A stretch of DNA of 64,000 nucleotides, taken from positions 960,001-1,024,000 of the forward strand of contig CAVXKA010000001.1 in assembly GCA_963762255.1 (NCBI GenBank), read 5' to 3'. Below, one piece after another: positions 10,244 through 20,289 of the stretch. The notes beneath the pieces were generated by a model. That model was not told the DNA's origin, ran no database searches, and saw only the letters and a program-made list of their open reading frames with translations. Made by a program: the position numbers and the translations under genes. Positions within the stretch are counted from its first letter, which is position 1; each line of letters begins with the position of its first letter. The stretch comes from Candidatus Eiseniibacteriota bacterium (GTDB taxonomy: Bacteria; Eisenbacteria; RBG-16-71-46; JABDJR01).

Positions 10244-10313
10244 AGAGGTCACCTCACGCTCATTCTCTCACCGCCGTCGGACGGTCTCTACCGCTCTTTG
10301 CTATCCTCGCCGC

Positions 10314-11222
10314 ATGCGTTCGCACCGTACCGAGTTGGGGCCCTATCTGGACCGTCTGGCGGGAATCTACGGCCCTGGCCATCTCGAGAGCGATCCGATC
10401 GCCGAGGTGCGCCGGTTCGAGCGACCCGAGGACCGCGAACTCGCGGCCTTCCTCGCCGCCGGGCTCGCCTTCGGGCGGGTCGACCTCATCCTCGCGCACC
10501 TGCGCGATCTCTGGGAGCGTCTGGATCACGCGCCCGCTGCCGTGGCCGACGCCTGGCGTTCGTCGGACGCCAAACGGCTCGACGGCTTCGTGCACCGATG
10601 GGTGGACGGCGGGCATCTGGCCGAGGTCATCGCCGCGCTCGGCCGCGCGAGGCGCCGTCACGGATCGTTGCGCGCGGCATTTCTCGCCGGCTACGAGCCG
10701 GAGGCGGACGACCTCGCCGAGAGCCTCTCGCGGTTCGTGCGTGTGCTCCAAGGCGAGCTACGCCGGGGCGACGCCCGACGCGCGCCGGAGGCCCGCGAAC
10801 TTCCCCAGGGGATCCGCACATTCTTCGCCGATCCCGCCGCCGGCGGCGCCTGCAAGCGACTCAACCTCTTCCTGCGGTGGATGGTGCGCCGCGACGACGG
10901 CATCGACCTCGGGCTGTGGGCGCCGGTGCGCCCCGCTCAACTCGTGATGCCGCTCGACACCCACGTCGCACGCCTGAGCGCGTATCTCGGGCTGACCACG
11001 CGCCGGACCGTCGACTGGAAGATGGCCCGCGAAGTCCGTGATCGGCTCCGCGAGTGGGATCCGACCGACCCTGTTCGTTACGACTTTGCGCTCTCGCGGC
11101 TCGGCATTCTCGATGCGTGTCCACGCCGAGTCGATCCTGCGAAGTGCGCGGCGTGCTCGCTGGTTCCGGTGTGTGTGCTCGGGCGTGACCGCGCACCGCT
11201 GGCCGCGAGCGTTGCCGCCTGA
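10314..11222 (+). CDS. TIGR02757 / DUF2400 family protein
   Basis: SDPI, DRELAAFLAAGLAFGRV, ACKRLNLFLRWMVR, DLGLW, PLDTHV, DPVRYDFAL signature. Confidence 0.85.
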   Translation: MRSHRTELGPYLDRLAGIYGPGHLESDPIAEVRRFERPEDRELAAFLAAGLAFGRVDLILAHLRDLWERLDHAPAAVADAWRSSDAKRLDGFVHRWVDGGHLAEVIAALGRARRRHGSLRAAFLAGYEPEADDLAESLSRFVRVLQGELRRGDARRAPEARELPQGIRTFFADPAAGGACKRLNLFLRWMVRRDDGIDLGLWAPVRPAQLVMPLDTHVARLSAYLGLTTRRTVDWKMAREVRDRLREWDPTDPVRYDFALSRLGILDACPRRVDPAKCAACSLVPVCVLGRDRAPLAASVAA

Positions 11223-11234
11223 GGAGACCCCGTC

Positions 11235-12053
11235 ATGACCGAACCCGAACTGATCCCGGTGGAGGAGCGCCCCGCGGTGCTCATCGTGGCCGGTCTCGAT
11301 CCCTCCGGCGGAGCGGGGCTTGTCACCGATGCCGCGGTGATCCGCGCCTTCGGACTCCATCCTCTCACCGTGCTCACCAGCGTGGCGGTGGAGAACACTT
11401 CCCGGGTGGCGCGCCGTCACGATCTTCCTCCCACGCTCGTGCAGGAGCAGCTTCTTGTCTTGAGCGAGGAGTTCCTGCTGGGGGCGGTCAAGACCGGCAT
11501 GCTCGCCAACGCCGGAATCGTGGAGGCTCTCGCTGCGTGGCTCGCCGAGCGGCCGCGCCTTCCGCTCGTGCTCGATCCCGTTCTGCGCGCGTCGAGCGGA
11601 GGGGGGCTCGCCGACGCGGGGCTGGTCGATGCGCTCAAGAGCCATCTGCTTCCCAAGACGCGCGTACTCACCCCGAACCTGGACGAAGCCTCCGCGCTCA
11701 CCGGGATCGCCGTCTCCGAGCGCGAGCAGGTGCCCGAAGTTGCGCAGAGGTTGCTGCAGATGGGACCGCAGTGGGTGCTGGTGAAGGGGGGGCATCTCCC
11801 CCGAGGCCGCGCCGCCGATTATCTGGTGGGTCCCGAGACGGCGTTGTGGATGGAGGAATCCCGCGCCGATCGCGACGTGCGCGGCACCGGGTGCGCGCTG
11901 GCCTCCGCGATCGCCGCCGGTCTCGCGCGGGGCGAATCGGTCCCCGAAGCTGCCGCCGCCGCCAAGGCGTTCATCACCCAAGCGATCGGAACCTCGTACG
12001 TCGCTGGACAGGGACGATTCCTCGGCGGGGCCCCGCGAGACACGGAGGAATGA
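11235..12053 (+). CDS. thiD: Hydroxymethylpyrimidine/phosphomethylpyrimidine kinase (ThiD family)
   Basis: AGLDPSGGAG, VKTGML, VLDPV, TPNLDEA, LVKGGH, RGTGC. Confidence 0.85.
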   Translation: MTEPELIPVEERPAVLIVAGLDPSGGAGLVTDAAVIRAFGLHPLTVLTSVAVENTSRVARRHDLPPTLVQEQLLVLSEEFLLGAVKTGMLANAGIVEALAAWLAERPRLPLVLDPVLRASSGGGLADAGLVDALKSHLLPKTRVLTPNLDEASALTGIAVSEREQVPEVAQRLLQMGPQWVLVKGGHLPRGRAADYLVGPETALWMEESRADRDVRGTGCALASAIAAGLARGESVPEAAAAAKAFITQAIGTSYVAGQGRFLGGAPRDTEE

Positions 12054-13231
12054 ACCCCCGCCTCTTTCGCCTGTGCGCGGCGGCGTTTCTCGCCGACATG
12101 GCGCTCTACCTCACCATGACCGGAGTGCCCTATCGGGCGCTGGCGCTGGGCGCGGGCCCGCTCATTCTCGGATTGCTCCCGGCGGCGCGCGCGCTGCCCT
12201 ACAGCTTGAGCACGGTAGGGGCGGGGGCCCTCACCGAGGGGCGGGAGCGGCTCAAGTGGGCTCGGCTCAGCCTCATTGTGGCCATGGTTTCGGTGGCCGC
12301 TCTCGTCGTCGCGCCTGGACTTGTCTGGCTCTTCGTTCTGCTCGCCGTGCTGGGTACCGCCCTCGCTTTCTTCTGGCCCGCGATCCAGGCCTCACTTGCC
12401 GATCTCGCCGGGCAGGGGACGGTGACCGGAAACCTCGGATGGTTCAATATCGCGTGGAGTTCCGGAAAATCGGTGGGCTTCCTGGTGGGAGGCGCGATTC
12501 TGGCCGGAGTCGGGTTCGGCGCCCTTTTCGCTGCCGCGGCCCTGGCGATGCTCGCGGTGGCGCTGCTGCTGCGCGCGGTGCGGGTCGGGGGCGGTGAGGA
12601 TGCGCACAAAGCAGCGACGCCGTTCCACCCACCCCGCCTCATACCTCGAAACGTGGGGCGGTTCCGCCTGGCGGCCTGGATCGCCAACGCGATCGCGTTC
12701 GGGGTTGTCTCGGTTCTCAACCTCCAGTACCCGGACTGGCTGGAGCGCATGGGGCGCCCCGAAACCCTCTTCGGCGCGTATCTGGGCCTCATCTTCGCCT
12801 CCCAGACCGCCGCTTTCGCCCTTCTTGCCCGCTTTTCAGGCTGGCAGTACCGCGCCGCCCCGCTCCTCCTGGGTCAGGTGCCTGTGATCGCCGTCCTGCT
12901 GGTCCTTCCCCACCTCCGGGCCCCGGCGGCGATCCTGGCGACCGCTCCTCTGGTGGGCGCGGGCCTCGGAATGACCTACTTCGCCAGCCTCTTCTACTCG
13001 GTGGCCGAGGCAGGTAGTCGCGGACGCAATGCGGGGGTTCACGAGGCTGTCCTCGGGGTCGGCTCCCTGCTGGTCCCGATTCTGGGGGGCATCGCGGCCA
13101 ACGCGACGGGGCGCGCGGAGGCCCCCTATCTTTTCGCTGGGGCGGCGGCCATGATCGCTTTGGGTGTCCAGGGAGTGGTGCTGCTGCGCCCCCTGGCCGG
13201 AACTGGAACAGGCGCGGCCGGGCAGGGGTAA
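12050..13231 (+). CDS. MFS transporter
   Basis: About 12 hydrophobic segments; FFWPAIQASLAD; ATGA overlap with the thiD stop. Confidence 0.8.
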   Translation: MNPRLFRLCAAAFLADMALYLTMTGVPYRALALGAGPLILGLLPAARALPYSLSTVGAGALTEGRERLKWARLSLIVAMVSVAALVVAPGLVWLFVLLAVLGTALAFFWPAIQASLADLAGQGTVTGNLGWFNIAWSSGKSVGFLVGGAILAGVGFGALFAAAALAMLAVALLLRAVRVGGGEDAHKAATPFHPPRLIPRNVGRFRLAAWIANAIAFGVVSVLNLQYPDWLERMGRPETLFGAYLGLIFASQTAAFALLARFSGWQYRAAPLLLGQVPVIAVLLVLPHLRAPAAILATAPLVGAGLGMTYFASLFYSVAEAGSRGRNAGVHEAVLGVGSLLVPILGGIAANATGRAEAPYLFAGAAAMIALGVQGVVLLRPLAGTGTGAAGQG

Positions 13232-13275
13232 GACAAGACACGTTCTCGGGCCGAAGCGGAGGGAGGTCACGGACC

Positions 13276-13698
13276 ATGCGACGGTGGAATGGAATCGTTC
13301 GGGGGGCGACATTTCTGGCAATGGCCTTTCTGGGGGGTGTGGCCGGCTCCTGGCTCCTCAGCCCCCAGGCGCCCGCGGCGGGCGTCGTGGAGCTCGGTGA
13401 CGGGCGGGACAAGCCCGGCATCGCGGCGACGTTCGGGGTGGGTGGAGTGATGACCTGGGAAGGCGACCTTTGGCAGTACCGTCCCGACAAGCAGAAGTGG
13501 ATGACTCTGGACGAGTCCTTCGCCCTCGAGGGGCAAGCCACCAAGGTCGTGCCCCTTCCGGTGTCGCCCGAGAACATTCGCCGGATGGAGACGTTCGGCT
13601 TCCTGGTGACCAAGACCGACGACTGCTGGCTCTACAACATCGAGCAGCAGCGCTGGGAGCCGATCGGGAAACCCCCGTTCCACGCTCGGACCCGCTGA
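13276..13698 (+). CDS. Hypothetical exported protein
   Basis: RBS GGGAGG, N-terminal hydrophobic segment, GC3-rich codons, two W-x-Y...W-type beta repeats. Confidence 0.65.
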   Translation: MRRWNGIVRGATFLAMAFLGGVAGSWLLSPQAPAAGVVELGDGRDKPGIAATFGVGGVMTWEGDLWQYRPDKQKWMTLDESFALEGQATKVVPLPVSPENIRRMETFGFLVTKTDDCWLYNIEQQRWEPIGKPPFHARTR

Positions 13699-13839
13699 TC
13701 CCGGGAGGGGTCGCGCACCCGCCGGGCGTGAGTCGCATCCGCGGGCGTGGCGGGAGATGGGGTATACTGAAATCGGGGTTTTCTCCCCGAGCATTTGCGG
13801 AAGGTTGGGGCCGATCCCACGATCCGTGGAGGTGACGTC

Positions 13840-14883
13840 ATGAAACGATGGACTTGGGGGCTCGCATTCGGCGTCGTTCTCGCCTTGGCGGGATCCGCAT
13901 GGGCGGTGACCACCGAGGATGTGATCGGTCTGACTCGAGCCGGCGCCAGCGACACCATCATTCTCTCCAAGATCGAAGCCGACGGCACAGTCTTCCATCT
14001 CACCGTCGACGAGATCCTCGACCTCAAGAAGGCCGGCGTGAGCGACCCGGTGATCACGTACATGATCAACACCGGCAAGGGCGACCGCGAGGAACCGGCG
14101 GCCGTCGCTGAGGATGAGGGGAGTTCTGCGGTCTTTGGCGAGCAGGAGAGCTACACCACCGAGGACTCGGATCGCTACTCGACCGGTCTCGATAGTCAGT
14201 ATCGCGGCACGACCACCGTGGCGTTTGCCTACTACTATCCGAACTGGCCGGGCTACAGGTGGTCCTACTACTACGACCCGTTCTGGTGGCCCGATCTCGC
14301 GTACTACTTCACCTACTGGCAACCCTACCCCTACGGGTACTGGTACTACGACCCTTGGTACCGCTGCCACGCGCGGAGCGACTGGTACTGGGGCCACGGT
14401 CAATACGACTACTACGCGTACGCGCATCACGACAGCCACGAGCGATACAAGAAGGGGCGCAGCGTGGGAAGCCGCGGTGCGGCGGAGGGATACGAGCGCT
14501 CGACGAAGGACCGATCGGTCGCGCGGCCTTCCTATGACGCGAGCCGGCGCGAGCTGCGGCCTACCCCGGCGACCGGTGAGACGATCCGTCAGGTGAAACC
14601 CAGCCGCCCGGGCGCCGAGAGCACGCGCGACCTGCGCCAGCCTCGTCGGCCAAGCCCTCCGACCGGCAAGGTCGACTCGCCGAAACCGACCCCGGGCCGC
14701 GAGTTGAAGCCGACGCCGCAACAGAGCGACCAGCGCCAGGCTCGGCCGGGAGCGGACGGCGGGCGCACGATGAAACCTACGCCGGCACCGAGCGTGCGCC
14801 CTCAGCCCTCGGCGCGACCGGCCCCGACGGCGCGACCCGCACCCGGCAACACCCGGGAAGAATCGCGGGCCCGCAAGCACTGA
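13840..14883 (+). CDS. Secreted hypothetical protein with a small helical N-domain, Tyr/Trp-rich core and Pro/Arg-rich tail
   Basis: RBS GGAGGT; signal peptide ending AWA; TTEDVIGLTRAGASDTIIL...LKKAGVSDPVITYM; low-complexity YYYPNWP... region. Confidence 0.75.
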   Translation: MKRWTWGLAFGVVLALAGSAWAVTTEDVIGLTRAGASDTIILSKIEADGTVFHLTVDEILDLKKAGVSDPVITYMINTGKGDREEPAAVAEDEGSSAVFGEQESYTTEDSDRYSTGLDSQYRGTTTVAFAYYYPNWPGYRWSYYYDPFWWPDLAYYFTYWQPYPYGYWYYDPWYRCHARSDWYWGHGQYDYYAYAHHDSHERYKKGRSVGSRGAAEGYERSTKDRSVARPSYDASRRELRPTPATGETIRQVKPSRPGAESTRDLRQPRRPSPPTGKVDSPKPTPGRELKPTPQQSDQRQARPGADGGRTMKPTPAPSVRPQPSARPAPTARPAPGNTREESRARKH

Positions 14884-14930
14884 GCTGACCGAGGCACCGC
14901 CCGCGAGTGACCCGCGGGCGATTCAGATTC

Positions 14931-14970
14931 ACGAAGCCGATCGGAAACACTTCCGATCGGCCTCGTCTTA
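14931..14970 (+). terminator. Stem-loop after the 13840 gene (possible terminator)
   Basis: GCCGATCGGAA-ACAC-TTCCGATCGGC perfect 11-bp stem, extendable by ACGA/TCGT; weak U tract. Confidence 0.45.
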
Positions 14971-15011
14971 GGGGCGCGGCGGGAGGAGTGCAGGCCTTCA
15001 TGGAGGGGGAG

Positions 15012-15809
15012 ATGAACCAGGAACTCGGCGTCGGTGCCGAGGCGCTACGGTTGAGCGCGGTGGTACCCGTCTACAACGAACGGGAAAACGTCGTCCCGCT
15101 CGTCGAGGAACTCGCCGCTGAATTGAAGCGCATCGGAGCCCCGTTCGAGATTCTCCTCATCGACGACGGGAGCACGGATGGTTCCGGGGAGATTCTCGAT
15201 CGCATTGCGGGTTCGACCCCGCATGTCCGAGCGCTCCATCTCGAGCGCAATCGGGGCCAGAGTGCTGCCACCGCGGCCGGGTTCGAAGCCGCCCGGGGTG
15301 ATTACATTGTGACGTTGGACGCGGACCGGCAGAACGACCCCGGCGACATCTCGAGGCTTCTGGAGTGGATCCCCCAATACGACATGGTGGCGGGATACCG
15401 GCGCGAGCGGCGCGATTCCTGGTTGCGGCGCGCCAGCAGCGTGGTCGCCAATCGGGTGCGAGGCCGAGTCCTCGGTGACGGCATCCGCGACACGGGCTGT
15501 TCGCTCAAGCTCTTCCGCCGCGATCTCACGCCGCGCATGCCCCGATTCAATGGTCTGCACCGATTCCTGCCGCTGCTGGTGCAACTGCAGGGAGGAACCG
15601 TGACCCAGATCCCGGTGAACCACCGCGCGCGGATCGCTGGGACTTCCAAGTACGGGGTGCGCAACCGGCTCTTTCGCGGCCTCTTCGACTTGATCGGGAT
15701 GACGTGGCTCAAGCGCCGCTACGTGAAGTACGCCGTGAGCTATGAAATGCCGAGCCGTACGCGGTCCTCGCCTCAGGAGCAACCCCGCGCCAGGGAGGAG
15801 AAATCGTGA
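15012..15809 (+). CDS. GT2 polyprenol-phosphate glycosyltransferase (ArnC/DPM1-like)
   Basis: VVPVYNE, IDDGSTDGS, RNRGQSAA, TLDADRQNDP, DTGCSLKLFRR, LHRFLP. Confidence 0.9.
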   Translation: MNQELGVGAEALRLSAVVPVYNERENVVPLVEELAAELKRIGAPFEILLIDDGSTDGSGEILDRIAGSTPHVRALHLERNRGQSAATAAGFEAARGDYIVTLDADRQNDPGDISRLLEWIPQYDMVAGYRRERRDSWLRRASSVVANRVRGRVLGDGIRDTGCSLKLFRRDLTPRMPRFNGLHRFLPLLVQLQGGTVTQIPVNHRARIAGTSKYGVRNRLFRGLFDLIGMTWLKRRYVKYAVSYEMPSRTRSSPQEQPRAREEKS

Positions 15810-16132
15810 GCCAATCGACGTTGTTCGGTGCCGTGGGACAATGGGTCGCATCCAACATCTGGCTGATCGTGGGGCTCCTCGGGCAGGCCTTCTTTGCCTC
15901 GCGCTTCCTCGTGCAATGGGTGGTCTCGGAGAGGAAGGGGGAGAGCGTCATCCCCGTGGTCTTCTGGGATCTGAGCATCCTTGGAGGCACCGTACTCCTG
16001 GTTTACGCCGTCTATCGCCGGGATCCCGTCTTCATCCTCGGGCAGGGGGCCGGGCTCATCGTCTACGTGCGCAACTTGATGCTCATCCGTCGCCAGCAGC
16101 GAGCCGAGGGACGCGCGGACATTCCCGCCTAG
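15806..16132 (+). CDS. Lipid A biosynthesis N-terminal domain (LAB_N) membrane protein
   Basis: GLLGQAFFASRFLVQWVVSE...SVIPVVFW...YAVYRRDPVFILGQ...YVRNL; GTGA overlap with the GT2 gene. Confidence 0.9.
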   Translation: MSQSTLFGAVGQWVASNIWLIVGLLGQAFFASRFLVQWVVSERKGESVIPVVFWDLSILGGTVLLVYAVYRRDPVFILGQGAGLIVYVRNLMLIRRQQRAEGRADIPA

Positions 16133-16199
16133 TCATGCACCGGTCGGCAGGGGGAAGCCGGTCCGGCGGGGATTGCCCCCGGCGATTCTTCCCCCGATC

Positions 16200-16215
16200 T
16201 GGCCCCTGGATTGCA
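16200..16215 (+). promoter_or_regulatory. sigma54-type -24/-12 promoter upstream of the M6 protease gene
   Basis: TGGCCCCTGGATTGCA = GG-N10-GC with TTGCA. Confidence 0.55.
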
Positions 16216-16481
16216 CTGCCAAGACCCCAGGTACCGATTCCGAGCCGCACTTCCTTCTGAGTCCGTCACTTGGGGGCCTCGGTGTGATTCCCTGGAGGCC
16301 GGGGTCGGCACTATGCGCGAGTGAGTCTCGCAGAATGCCCTGCCGCCGCGTCCGCAGGGGCTCGCAAAGCCGCATCTGGTATGATTACAGAGGTTTTCCC
16401 GCTACGGAGTCGGATCCTGGCCATCGGTCCCCGGCCGGCCTTCGTCCTCTGTCGCCGTCGCATCACGGAAAGGGCAAGCGC

Positions 16482-19400
16482 ATGTGCTCCGACTCGGTTC
16501 TCCATCCGCTCCTCCGCCGTCCGGGAGTCGTTCTGACCGGGCTGCTGCTGGGTGCGGTTCTCTTTGCCCTGGATGCCCGGGCGCAGATCACGCCTCCGGC
16601 TCCTGGCGTCGACCTACCCGAGGGGTATCGGGAGCGGATCGCGCAGGATCGAACCGCCTTCCAGTTCAAGCGAGCCTGGATCGCGGAGACCAGGCGCGTG
16701 CAGCACAACCGCCGGCTCCGGGATCTGGGCTTGCTCGGTCAGATAGAGGGGATCGAAGGCCTCAACGCTGCCAGCGGCATGCGAGTCGAGGGAACCCGCC
16801 GGGTTCCCGTTCTCGCGGGCAAATTCGCGAACACCCCCTCCGATCCTTACTCCCCGACACAACTTCAGAATCAGCTTTTTGACGGTCCGAACCCCACGGG
16901 TACCGTCACCGACTACTACGACGAGGTTTCCTACGGCTACATCAATCTCACCGGAAACGTGTATGGAGCGCAGGCGGGCGGGTTGTTCCAAGTAGCCAAC
17001 ATCGATACCTACTACGAGGGTCCCACCGGGTGCAACGGGGCGTGCGGCGACGCCAACACGGGGGAGTATCTGAAGGAGCTTCTCGACGGCGCCGACCCGT
17101 GGGTCGATTTCGCGCAATTCGACAACGACGGCCCCGACGGCATCGCGAACTCGGGGGATGATGACGGGTACGTGGATTTCGTTGCATTCGTTCACCCTGA
17201 GAAGGGGGGGGAATGTGGCGGCAACGACAACATCTGGTCGCACCGCTGGGTGTACGAGGGTTGGTGGGGCGACGCGTACATGACCTCCGACGCCTCCGCC
17301 AGCGGCGGGTTCGTCAAGGTAAGCGACTACACGATCCAGCCGCTCCTTGCCTGTGACGGAACAAGCCTTAACGCGATAGGCGTCTACGCCCACGAGTTCG
17401 GCCACGCGTTCGGACTGCCGGATCTCTACGATACGGACACATTGAACGGCACGTCCGCCGGCGTCGGACAGTGGTGTCTCATGGGCTCCGGATCGTGGGG
17501 CGGGGACGGCGCCCACCCGGCCACCCCCTCCCACATGTGCGCATGGTCCAAGGAAGCGCTGGGCTGGGTGGAACCGCACGTGGTGTGCGGGACCGAACTC
17601 GGGTTCCCATTGCCCGCGGTTGAGGATTCCGCAAGCGTTCTCAAGCTCTACCCCCACGGCACGGTGGATTCGGAGTACTTCCTTCTCGAGAACCGGGTGA
17701 AGACGAAGTACGACACCTATCTGCCCACGAGCGGCATTGCGGTCTGGCACATCGACAACACCATCTCCGGGAACGCGGACGAGAATCACAAACTGGTCGA
17801 TCTCGAGGAGGCCGACGGCCTCGCCGAAATGGACGCCGATACGAATCGCGGCAATGCCGGAGATCTGTATCCCGGCTCGACGAACAATCAGCTATTCAAC
17901 GACGTCACCAACCCTAACGCCAAGGACTATGCGGGAGTGAGCACCGGGGTCGTGGTCGGTCCGTTCGGTGCGACGATCGATCCGCGATCGTTGGACGTAT
18001 CGGCGACCGTGTGTCGGCTGGCAGTGGGTGACGTGGCGGTGAACGACCTGCCCTGGGGTAACAACAATGGAACCCTGGACGGCGACGAACGCGCCAATCT
18101 CCGAATCGGGCTGCGCAACGATTTCGACAGCGATGCGACCGGAGTGGTCGGAACTCTCACCAGCCTCACTTCCGGGGTCGTCGTGTTGCAGAACTCGGTG
18201 AGCTTTGGGACCGTCACCCTTGGCGTCCTCAACTATGGACTCTCCGAGTTCGAGATCGAGGCGACCGGCCCTCTGGCCAACGGGGCGCCGGTTCAATTCC
18301 AGCTCGATCTTCTGGCAGACGGTGGCTACGCCACGTCTCATGTGGTGGCGCTCAACGCGGGGACCTATGTCCTCCTGGTCGAAGACGACGGGGCCGCCGC
18401 GGTCAACACCGCGTACCAGAACGCCATCACGGCTGCCGGGTATGCCTGGGTGCGCCACGACACCGGCACGGCGGGGGTTCCCACGCTCGGACAGCTTGAG
18501 AGCGCAGTTGCAGTCGTCTGGTACACCGGCGACGAATATGACGCCACCTTCACGCCGGACGAGCAGTCCCTGATCCAGTCCTTCCTCTCAGGGGGCGGAT
18601 CCCTCTTCGTGACCGGGCAGGACATCGGGTACGATCTGGTGTCCGAAGGCAGTGCCGCGGACGTGTCGTTTTATCAGAACTACCTGCACGCGACGTTCGT
18701 CTCCGATACTTCGGGCGACAACACGTTGACCGGGGTGACCGGCGATCCGATCGGGAACGGGCTCTCGGTTACGCTCACCAATCTGCCCTCGGCGTCTTTC
18801 TGGCCCTCAGTCGTCACGGCCAGATCGGGAGCCAGCGACGTGATCCGGTACTCCGTGAGCCAGACCGGCGGAATCCGGTACGGCACGGGCCACAAGGCTG
18901 TCTACTTTGCCTTCAACTTCGAGGACATCAACTCGACGACTACCCAGAACACGGCCATGCTGCGGGTACTCACCTGGCTCCAGCCTGCCGACATCACACC
19001 GCCTACGATTGCATTGACCGCTCCGATCGGCGGGGAAAGCTTCGAGGCATGCGCGCCGGCCAACATCACCTGGACGGCCGGCGACAACGTGGCGGTGACC
19101 GGGGTAGACCTCTACTACTCCGACGACGGTGGCGCCACCTACCCGCATGTCATAGCCTCCGGACTCGCCAACAGCGGGACCTTCGTCTGGTACCCCGGCG
19201 GACTCCTGGGCACCGACTTCCGCGTGAAGGCGGTGGCGAGGGACGCGATGGCGCTTCAGGCGGTCGAATCCAGCGGCTCGAGCTTTGTATTCGTCTCCAC
19301 CGCGGCGCCACTGGCCCAGGTCGTGTCTCCCAACGGCGGAGAAGGCTACGCATTGAATGCTTCGGTGCCGGTGGTCTGGAGCATGGGCGATACCTGCGTG

Positions 19401-20219
19401 GGCGTCGATTCGACCCAGGTTCGCGTCTCGCTGGACGGCGGCGGGAGCTGGTCGTACGTGGTGACCGTGCCGGCTCCGGACACGACCGCAGTGTGGACGG
19501 CCCCGGGAACCCCGCAGGACTCCTGTCTCGTTCGGGTAGACGTCTTCTCACACGGTGGTGCCACTGCGGACGATGTCTCGGATGCGTTCTTCGCCGTGGG
19601 TGACGTGACGGTGCCGACGGTCACCGTCACTGCCCCCAACGGGGGCGAGACCTTCGTCGGCTTGGCCAACGTCCAGATCGATGCGACGGTGGGCGATGAC
19701 GTGGGCGTCGACTCGGTCTGTGTCGCCTACACGCTCGATGACGGGGCGACATGGGTCAGCGTTGCCTGCGGTGCGCTGAGTTTCCCGTATTCATGGATCG
19801 CTCCCGATGTGGTGAGCGATTCGTGCCGGGTTCGCGTCCAGGTGTGGGACGCCGTGCTCAACACCGCGGTTGACTCGAGCGATAGCCTGTTCAGCATCGC
19901 GTCCATTACGGCGGTGCCGCCCGGGTTGGCCGGGATTCGCCGTCCGGTTCTCCTGCAGAACTTCCCGAATCCCATGCGCGCATCGAGCACCCAGTTCGCT
20001 TTCTATCTGCCCGAGGAGATGTCCGTTTCGCTGCGCATCTATGACCTTTCCGGTCGCGCGGTGCGGACGGTGATGGCGGGCTCTGCCGCCGCCGGTTACC
20101 ACGAGCTGTCGTGGAACGGTGCCGACGACGGCGGTCGGCAAGTGGGCCATGGCATCTATTTCTATGTGCTGGAGACCCCCGGCAAGCGGGAGGCACGCAA
20201 ACTGGTCAAGGTGAACTGA
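16482..20219 (+). CDS. Large secreted M6 (immune inhibitor A-like) metalloprotease with Ig-like repeats and a FlgD/T9SS-like tail
   Basis: HEFGHAFGLPDLYD, CLMGSG Met-turn, EYFLLENR, WHID; repeated P-x-V-x-x-PNGGE modules; LLQNFPNP...IYDLSGRAVR...GIYFYVL tail. Confidence 0.9.
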   Translation: MCSDSVLHPLLRRPGVVLTGLLLGAVLFALDARAQITPPAPGVDLPEGYRERIAQDRTAFQFKRAWIAETRRVQHNRRLRDLGLLGQIEGIEGLNAASGMRVEGTRRVPVLAGKFANTPSDPYSPTQLQNQLFDGPNPTGTVTDYYDEVSYGYINLTGNVYGAQAGGLFQVANIDTYYEGPTGCNGACGDANTGEYLKELLDGADPWVDFAQFDNDGPDGIANSGDDDGYVDFVAFVHPEKGGECGGNDNIWSHRWVYEGWWGDAYMTSDASASGGFVKVSDYTIQPLLACDGTSLNAIGVYAHEFGHAFGLPDLYDTDTLNGTSAGVGQWCLMGSGSWGGDGAHPATPSHMCAWSKEALGWVEPHVVCGTELGFPLPAVEDSASVLKLYPHGTVDSEYFLLENRVKTKYDTYLPTSGIAVWHIDNTISGNADENHKLVDLEEADGLAEMDADTNRGNAGDLYPGSTNNQLFNDVTNPNAKDYAGVSTGVVVGPFGATIDPRSLDVSATVCRLAVGDVAVNDLPWGNNNGTLDGDERANLRIGLRNDFDSDATGVVGTLTSLTSGVVVLQNSVSFGTVTLGVLNYGLSEFEIEATGPLANGAPVQFQLDLLADGGYATSHVVALNAGTYVLLVEDDGAAAVNTAYQNAITAAGYAWVRHDTGTAGVPTLGQLESAVAVVWYTGDEYDATFTPDEQSLIQSFLSGGGSLFVTGQDIGYDLVSEGSAADVSFYQNYLHATFVSDTSGDNTLTGVTGDPIGNGLSVTLTNLPSASFWPSVVTARSGASDVIRYSVSQTGGIRYGTGHKAVYFAFNFEDINSTTTQNTAMLRVLTWLQPADITPPTIALTAPIGGESFEACAPANITWTAGDNVAVTGVDLYYSDDGGATYPHVIASGLANSGTFVWYPGGLLGTDFRVKAVARDAMALQAVESSGSSFVFVSTAAPLAQVVSPNGGEGYALNASVPVVWSMGDTCVGVDSTQVRVSLDGGGSWSYVVTVPAPDTTAVWTAPGTPQDSCLVRVDVFSHGGATADDVSDAFFAVGDVTVPTVTVTAPNGGETFVGLANVQIDATVGDDVGVDSVCVAYTLDDGATWVSVACGALSFPYSWIAPDVVSDSCRVRVQVWDAVLNTAVDSSDSLFSIASITAVPPGLAGIRRPVLLQNFPNPMRASSTQFAFYLPEEMSVSLRIYDLSGRAVRTVMAGSAAAGYHELSWNGADDGGRQVGHGIYFYVLETPGKREARKLVKVN

Positions 20220-20289
20220 TCGGCCTCCTCGTAGCGCGTGGCGGCAGGGCTTCCCTTCTTGTGCTCGGTGAGGCGAATGGGGGACTGGG

